From the IMG/VR virus record IMGVR_UViG_3300025121_000776, positions 64,001 through 128,000 of that record: a stretch of DNA of 64,000 nt; one strand, written 5' to 3'. The translations under genes were made by a program, and so were the position numbers. This document shows positions 58,719 to 64,000 of the stretch, piece after piece; within the stretch, counting starts at the first letter, position 1, and each line of letters opens with the position of its first letter. The notes under the pieces were generated by a model that saw only the letters and a program-made list of their open reading frames with translations, ran no database searches and was not told where the DNA came from. This stretch comes from a virus.

Positions 58719-59858
58719 ATGCAAAAACCACCAATTAAACTAAGAGAAATTATCTGGGAAATAACTGGACAATGTTTTAATAATTGTTCATATTGTGGCT
58801 CAAAAGATGTGTCTAAAAAAGCCCTTACACACGAACAAATCATTGACATTGCTCAAGCTATTGCTGATTTTCCCCCAAAAGAAATTAACATAAGTGGAGG
58901 AGACCCATTAACTCTTCCAGCTGACCTTCATATTGAAATTTTAAGGATTTTAAAACAGTCAGAAATAGTCTGCAAAATTATTGTTAATCCAAAATCCATT
59001 AAAAACCCATTATCTGCAGCTTTTGAAATTGTTAAAATGTATGATTGGGCTGGAATTTCTATTAATACCCAAAAAGAATTACAAATCTTTGAAGATATCG
59101 CAGAAACTAAAGAATATGAAAATTACACCGTCATAACAAATTTTAACATTCAAAATCTTTATCAATTTGAAGAAATTGAAGCGTTTGTTAAAAAATATGA
59201 TAAAATGTGGACAATTCAATTTACAGTTTATCAAGACAAAGATAATCCACTTGCTTTATACCATCCAGATAATCAAATTGCTTTTGAATTATTACAACAA
59301 AAGGTTAATACAAGTTCAGCAAAAATAGTTCTATCAGACAATATAAGAAATGATATGCCTTGCGGTGCTGGATTTAGCTCTGTAGGCATCACATATGATG
59401 GTTATGTTATTCCATGTTTAAGTATGAGAAGTTGGAGGGATATTCAAAATTTATGTGAAAAAGAAATATATCAAAATATTTTAAAAACTCCTTTTGAGGA
59501 AATTTGGCAAACATCTTTTATTAATGAAAGATTTTGTAAATTTGAATGTTGCAAAGACATATGTCTCAATAAAACTCTCGAAATAAAAAGTTTTGAAAGA
59601 AAAGTATTTGAGATAACTCCAAAGTCTGAAGAAGAAAAAAAAGATTGGGAAAAAAACATTAATGAATTTTTAAAAAAAGTTAAAAAGGAAAATCCTCCAT
59701 TTGATGCAGGGCAAGTTGTTATGTATGGGGTTATTTCTCCAAGAAATTTTCCAGGTGGTGGCGGAGTTGTTATGTATGGGGTCATTTCTCCAAGAAACTA
59801 CCCTCCCGATGACGACAATGGCGGCGGAATTGTTTTAATGTATGGTGTATTTAGGTAA
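58719..59858 (+). CDS. radical SAM/SPASM enzyme with a C-terminal tail of three MYG repeats
   Basis: CFNNCSYC, ISGGDP, CGAG...GYVIPC; tail VVMYGVISPRN x2 plus VLMYGVFR. Confidence 0.88.
   Translation: MQKPPIKLREIIWEITGQCFNNCSYCGSKDVSKKALTHEQIIDIAQAIADFPPKEINISGGDPLTLPADLHIEILRILKQSEIVCKIIVNPKSIKNPLSAAFEIVKMYDWAGISINTQKELQIFEDIAETKEYENYTVITNFNIQNLYQFEEIEAFVKKYDKMWTIQFTVYQDKDNPLALYHPDNQIAFELLQQKVNTSSAKIVLSDNIRNDMPCGAGFSSVGITYDGYVIPCLSMRSWRDIQNLCEKEIYQNILKTPFEEIWQTSFINERFCKFECCKDICLNKTLEIKSFERKVFEITPKSEEEKKDWEKNINEFLKKVKKENPPFDAGQVVMYGVISPRNFPGGGGVVMYGVISPRNYPPDDDNGGGIVLMYGVFR
59715..59858 (+). repeat. coding repeat, 51-nt period (VVMYGVISPRN) plus a third diverged copy
   Basis: GTTGTTATGTATGGGGTYATTTCTCCAAGAAAY at 59715 and 59766; ATGTATGGTGTA at 59838. 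Confidence 0.92.
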
Positions 59859-59888
59859 TCTCTTTTCTTAATTGTTATATTTGTTTCT

Positions 59889-59916
59889 AAAAAATCCTCC
59901 AGTTGGAGGATTTTTT
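59889..59916 (+). terminator. intrinsic terminator
   Basis: AAAAAATCCTCCA / TGGAGGATTTTTT. Confidence 0.85.
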
Positions 59917-59945
59917 CTCTATTTATTGTATATGCATATACTGCT

Positions 59946-60110
59946 ATGGAAAATAAAATAGATAGAAAAACATGTGAAAGTTACTTGCAAAACATTAGAA
60001 ATGGAAATAATTTCTATAACAAAGAAACAATAGATGATATGATTAAGTGTTACATTGAAACCGAGGAATATGAGAAATGTAATGAACTAATAAAGATAAA
60101 AGAAAAATAG
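59946..60110 (+). CDS. 54-aa protein with a UVR-like C-terminus
   Basis: YIETEEYEKCNELIK; late motif at 59920. Confidence 0.6.
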   Translation: MENKIDRKTCESYLQNIRNGNNFYNKETIDDMIKCYIETEEYEKCNELIKIKEK

Positions 60111-60112
60111 CT

Positions 60113-60573
60113 ATGGAATATAAAAAAACTATTCGAAAATATATAAAAGAAGCTATTGACGATTTACTGCCAGGTGAACTGACCCACTCACAACTTTATT
60201 GATGAATGGGCTTCTTTGACGTTTCTCAGACTCGTCTTATGACCGATGCCTCACCGCCTTTTTGTTTATCCTGCGAAGAATGTCCCTTATCCTCCACAGC
60301 AATGCTTTTTTGTTTTTTAGATTTTATAGCAAACAACAATTCGTTTGCCAACCACAATATCTCAAAGAACTTTAAATTAAATATATTAAAATTTTATAAA
60401 AATATAAACACTTTTGTGAAACTATTTTAAAATAATTTCGTGTATTTGTAAAAGTAATGGCAACTTATCCAAGCCACACTTTGTGATGACTTGGTTTTTT
60501 TTGCTGAAAATTTTATAAATGGAGAAATTCCACAGAAAATAAAAGATTTATTAAATTTGTCTTAGAGCTATAA
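60113..60573 (+). pseudogene. small late gene interrupted by the IS605-derived element
   Basis: Removing 60174-60514 gives a 39-aa ORF, MEYKKTIRKYIKEAIDDLLPDKWRNSTENKRFIKFVLEL. Confidence 0.5.
60174..60514 (-). mobile_element. non-autonomous IS200/IS605-derived element, copy 2, with omegaRNA-like right end
   Basis: Minus strand: TTTAT|AAAATTTTCAGC left end with CCAAGTCA/TGGCTTGG hairpin; right end GCTGTGGAG...GAAGCCCATTCA...TGAGTGGGTCAGTTCAC typical of tnpB 3' ends. Confidence 0.8.
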
Positions 60574-60628
60574 CATTTTTTAGTTTTTTTCGTATATGTT
60601 AAAAACATGTACAATTAAATCAAAAAAA

Positions 60629-61549
60629 ATGTCACAAGGAAATTCGCTAAAAGCTGTAGTTGTTGCATTATTTAGCAATGCATTTATCGCACTAATCAAA
60701 TTTATAGTTGCATTTATAACTACCAGTGCCGCTATGATGGCTGAAGCGATTCACTCTACTGCAGATTGTATGAACCAAATATTTTTATTAATTGGGTCTA
60801 AGAGAACCAAAAAAGTAGCCAATGAGCAACATTCTTTCGGATATGGAAAAGAAGAATATTTCTGGGGATTTATTGTTGCAACATTATTGTTCTTTGTTGG
60901 GGGTGGTTTTTCTATTTATGAAGGAATTCATAAGTTGTTTGTTCCAGAGCCAATTAAAAATGTTATGTTATCCTTTATCGTTTTAGGAATTGGAATAGTC
61001 TTAGAATTCAACTCGTTTAGAATTGCTTATAATCAATTTAAAATTAAAAATAATTCATCCTTTTACAAAGGACTCATTGAAGTGACCGATACAAATCTTT
61101 TGGTAATTTTACTTGAAGACTTTGCGGCATTACTTGGATTAATAGTTGTTTTAATTACCACTATTTTAGCTTTTACAATAGCTCCTATATTTGATGCAAT
61201 TGGTTCCATACTTGTGGGTGCAATTCTTATTTCAATCGCTTATATGCTCTCTAATGAGCTCAGAAAATTAATTGTTGGAGAAAGCATTCCTAGAGAAATA
61301 AGAACTGATATAAAACACATCTGCTCACAGCATAATAAAATTGTTAAACATGTAAATAAAATTCAAACAATGTTTATTGGCAGAGAAAAATTTGTTCTTC
61401 TTATATCTTTGGATGTTTATGATAATATTTTAGCATATGATGTAGAAAACATAATTGAACACATAAAACTCGATATTATCAAAAAATATCCCAATGCTTC
61501 GGTTATTTATATTGAAGTAAAGGATATGATAAGAAATAATAAAATTTAA
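60629..61549 (+). CDS. cation diffusion facilitator (CDF) transporter
   Basis: AEAIHSTAD, HSFGYGKEEY, LLEDFAA, D in TM5; an alternative start at 60596 is possible. Confidence 0.9.
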   Translation: MSQGNSLKAVVVALFSNAFIALIKFIVAFITTSAAMMAEAIHSTADCMNQIFLLIGSKRTKKVANEQHSFGYGKEEYFWGFIVATLLFFVGGGFSIYEGIHKLFVPEPIKNVMLSFIVLGIGIVLEFNSFRIAYNQFKIKNNSSFYKGLIEVTDTNLLVILLEDFAALLGLIVVLITTILAFTIAPIFDAIGSILVGAILISIAYMLSNELRKLIVGESIPREIRTDIKHICSQHNKIVKHVNKIQTMFIGREKFVLLISLDVYDNILAYDVENIIEHIKLDIIKKYPNASVIYIEVKDMIRNNKI

Positions 61550-61553
61550 TTGT

Positions 61554-61715
61554 ATGGGCTGGTACGGAAAAAATGACGATGATAATTATACTCCTCCTTT
61601 AAAACCAAAGGAAGATGAAAAATCACGCACACAACGATATCTTAACAAAGATGCCGAAGAAGAAAAAATTGAAGGTAATGACGATGTTAGATTAAAACCC
61701 GATTTTGATAAATAA
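61554..61715 (+). CDS. 53-aa hypothetical protein
   Basis: Own translation: MGWYGKNDDD...PDFDK. Confidence 0.55.
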   Translation: MGWYGKNDDDNYTPPLKPKEDEKSRTQRYLNKDAEEEKIEGNDDVRLKPDFDK

Positions 61716-61722
61716 AAACATT

Positions 61723-62022
61723 ATGAAACCACAAGACGAAATTAACGAACTTCAAGAGAAAATTAATTCTCTTAAACACAAAGTTGAAAATTGTCAGCAT
61801 GACTTTCCTAAACCTGTTTATGACCCCGAAACTGTAAGTGAAGGTTATGGTTCAGTGCAAGATGGAAAAGGTTCAGACCCCCATTGGAGTTTTGCTGGAT
61901 ATCATGACGTACAAAAACCTAGATGGAGTAGAAAATGCAATTTGTGTGGAAAAGTTGAATACACGAACTCACAAAAAACTGTTGCCATAGAAACAAAAAC
62001 AGAGCCCGATTTTGGAAAATGA
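61723..62022 (+). CDS. hypothetical protein
   Basis: ORF with C/H pairs. Confidence 0.7.
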   Translation: MKPQDEINELQEKINSLKHKVENCQHDFPKPVYDPETVSEGYGSVQDGKGSDPHWSFAGYHDVQKPRWSRKCNLCGKVEYTNSQKTVAIETKTEPDFGK

Positions 62023-62612
62023 CAAAAGGAGTTAGAGTCGAAAATAAAAAAACTTTAAGATTAATCAGTGATTTAAGGTCTCTAAATATTTCTTTTTCGA
62101 AAATTGCCGAAATTTTAAACAGACAAGAAATTAGAACTATTTATGGAAAAAAATTTGACGAATCTTTGACTTTTACAAAGTATAAACAAGCAATGAAAGA
62201 AGAAAGAGAAAACGAAGTAATTCCAACCAAATGTATTGAGTGTCAATATTATCGTGAAATGATGTTTACTCCCTGGTGCGCTCATTACCATTGGAACTGG
62301 AAGCCTACATCCAATCTTCTTATTGTTACAAAAGAGAATAGAAACGGACCGCTCCCAGAAAAATGTCCCTTTGTTTTGACCGAGAATAAAACATTGGTCT
62401 ATTTCGATATTCCAGAAAATGGAACTTTTATTCACTTAGATGAATTTATTAAGGGGGTTCACAATGGCACATTTACCGATGAAAACTGCACAGCATTCAA
62501 GTCTACAAGACAAAGAATAACTCATATACCTATTTGTCCCTCAGACGTTTTAAAAAAAGTATATAATTTATCACCGAGCTGTGTGATTTGGTTCCCGAAA
62601 CAATTAACCTAA
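62019..62612 (+). CDS. hypothetical protein with a recombinase-type HTH N-terminus
   Basis: SFSKIAEILNRQEIRT..GKKF; CIEC...WCAH. Confidence 0.6.
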   Translation: MTKGVRVENKKTLRLISDLRSLNISFSKIAEILNRQEIRTIYGKKFDESLTFTKYKQAMKEERENEVIPTKCIECQYYREMMFTPWCAHYHWNWKPTSNLLIVTKENRNGPLPEKCPFVLTENKTLVYFDIPENGTFIHLDEFIKGVHNGTFTDENCTAFKSTRQRITHIPICPSDVLKKVYNLSPSCVIWFPKQLT

Positions 62613-62620
62613 AAATAATC

Positions 62621-63805
62621 ATGGAAGAAAAACAATTAATCGAAAAATTTAAAGTGGCAGGAATAGTTTCAATCAGAGACTTTCTTTTAGAAATGCAAGC
62701 AAAAGGCGAAAAAATAGCAAGAACAGAATCGGGAGACCCCTCATTCGATATCCCAGAAAATGTTAAAGTTGCAATCGAAAAAGCACTCAGAGAAAACAAA
62801 ACTCACTACACCGCAGGTGCAGGAATAAATGAGCTTAGAGATGCCATCTACGAAAAAGTTAAATACGTTAATAAAATAAACATTAACTCAAGAAATAGTG
62901 TTATGGTTACTAATGGCGCTATGAATGCTTTATATACAATATTTCACGCTATAAATAACAATGAAGGTGTTTCTATGTTAGTTCCTTCTCCTACTTGGAC
63001 AGAAACCGCACAGAATATATCAGAAGTTGGGGGAACTCCAATATATTACAATTTTAATCCATTCTCAGATGCTCCCATAGATATTGATGAGTTAGAGGTT
63101 TTGTTTAAAATATACCCCAACATCAAAGCTATGGTGATTAATTCACCTCACAATCCTACTGGAAAAATTCTTGACCTTGCTATGATTCTTAAAGTCGTTG
63201 GTTTCTGCAAAGCACACGATATCTATTTAATATCAGATGAGGCTTATGAACATATTATCTTTGATAATTTAAAGCATGTTAGTCCAGGACAATTAGACTA
63301 TGATAAAATAATTTCCATTTTTTCATTCTCTAAATCCTATGCAATGTCTGGACTCAGATTGGGATGCGCCTGCACAAACGACCCAATAATCTTAAAAAGA
63401 CTTTCTAAAATTATCCGTTGTACAATTAATGGGGTAAATTCTGTTACACAATGGGGGGGAGTATCTGCAATATTAGAAACTCCAAGTGAATACATTGAAA
63501 AGAATTTGGAAGAATATACAAAAAGAAGAGATGCAATCTATGAAGCTGCTTTAAATAATAAATATCTTGAACCAGTTAAGCCAGAAGGGACTTTTTATCT
63601 ATGGTGCAAAATCAAAAATGAATGGAAACCAGAAATCGTTGAAGATAGGGGTTGGCACATGATATTAAACCTTTTAAAGCTCGGTGCAGGAAGTGCTCCT
63701 GGTGAAGTGTTTGGTCCTGAAGGAAAAAATCATATTAGATTTTCCTTCTCATGTTCAATGGAAAATGTTTTGTTGGCTTCTGAATTACTGAATAAATTAG
63801 AATAA
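62621..63805 (+). CDS. class I/II PLP-dependent aminotransferase (AspC-like)
   Basis: GDPSF, HYTAGAG, NSPHNPTG, DEAYE, SFSKSYAMSGLRLG, IRFSF. Confidence 0.93.
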   Translation: MEEKQLIEKFKVAGIVSIRDFLLEMQAKGEKIARTESGDPSFDIPENVKVAIEKALRENKTHYTAGAGINELRDAIYEKVKYVNKININSRNSVMVTNGAMNALYTIFHAINNNEGVSMLVPSPTWTETAQNISEVGGTPIYYNFNPFSDAPIDIDELEVLFKIYPNIKAMVINSPHNPTGKILDLAMILKVVGFCKAHDIYLISDEAYEHIIFDNLKHVSPGQLDYDKIISIFSFSKSYAMSGLRLGCACTNDPIILKRLSKIIRCTINGVNSVTQWGGVSAILETPSEYIEKNLEEYTKRRDAIYEAALNNKYLEPVKPEGTFYLWCKIKNEWKPEIVEDRGWHMILNLLKLGAGSAPGEVFGPEGKNHIRFSFSCSMENVLLASELLNKLE

Positions 63806-63807
63806 GT

Positions 63808-64000
63808 ATGGAAAAAAATAAAGCTAAATTATTTTACGAGCAAAAACAAAAAGAACACTTCGAAAAACATGGTGTTTACTTCGATACTAATTCGAAGATG
63901 GGAGAAATTATTCAAGAGTTTCATGAACAAGAAATTAAAGAATGTGACACCGTTTATGAATTTTTGTACAATAGTTGTATCCACGAAAGTGCTGCAGCAA
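63808..64000 (+). CDS. hypothetical protein, runs off the window end
   Basis: Open frame to the end of the window. Confidence 0.6.
   Translation, partial: MEKNKAKLFYEQKQKEHFEKHGVYFDTNSKMGEIIQEFHEQEIKECDTVYEFLYNSCIHESAAA

Noticed and set aside
60206-60430. 74-aa plus-strand ORF
   Set aside because: It lies entirely inside the IS-derived element, antisense to the omegaRNA-like sequence, and has no protein-like features
2679-62799. Numerous short antisense or alternate-frame ORFs in the track (e.g. 3966-4253, 11548-11988, 21516-22085, 36377-36715, 59471-59785)
   Set aside because: Shadow ORFs of well-supported genes, with F/S/L-rich composition typical of antisense frames
1-64000. Stop-codon reassignment (as in Lak or some crAss-like phages)
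   Set aside because: Long conserved genes are intact in the standard code, and TAA, TAG and TGA all end genes; the dUTPase break is explained by an intron
1-64000. CRISPR array or tRNA genes
   Set aside because: No repeat-spacer pattern; the tandem repeats found are short and in-frame coding. No T-loop GTTCRA in a cloverleaf context was seen by eye, though tRNAscan was not run

Overview
This is an AT-rich, gene-dense 64-kb segment read in the standard genetic code. It is best interpreted as part of a large (jumbo-type) tailed phage of a Bacteroidota host. Support: phage replication, repair and lysis genes; many acidic virion-type ORFs; no Shine-Dalgarno motifs; and Bacteroidota-type TAnnTTTG promoters. 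The left half carries an Mre11-Rad50 (SbcD-SbcC) fusion, a Cas4/AddB-like nuclease, a SNF2 helicase, an amidase and many putative late/head proteins. The right half is an accessory region. It holds dUTPase, ThyA, DHFR, a nucleotidyltransferase-2H phosphoesterase (Acb1-like) fusion and a CCA-type enzyme. It also holds SpeD, a PncA/PncB/NadE/NUDIX NAD-salvage set, split CoaB and CoaC-M23, a TerY vWA-PP2C-kinase triad, a radical SAM enzyme with three C-terminal MYG repeats, CorA and CDF transporters and an aminotransferase. Features the ORF track misses: a 321-nt group I intron splitting dUTPase (28936-29256), and two related non-autonomous IS200/IS605-type elements (13726-13928 and 60174-60514), one keeping an omegaRNA-like right end. 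There is also a late-promoter motif (TATTTAT[A/T]) that co-occurs with a shared N-terminal helix motif, a candidate capsid-targeting signal. All family assignments come from motif recognition by eye; no database searches were run.
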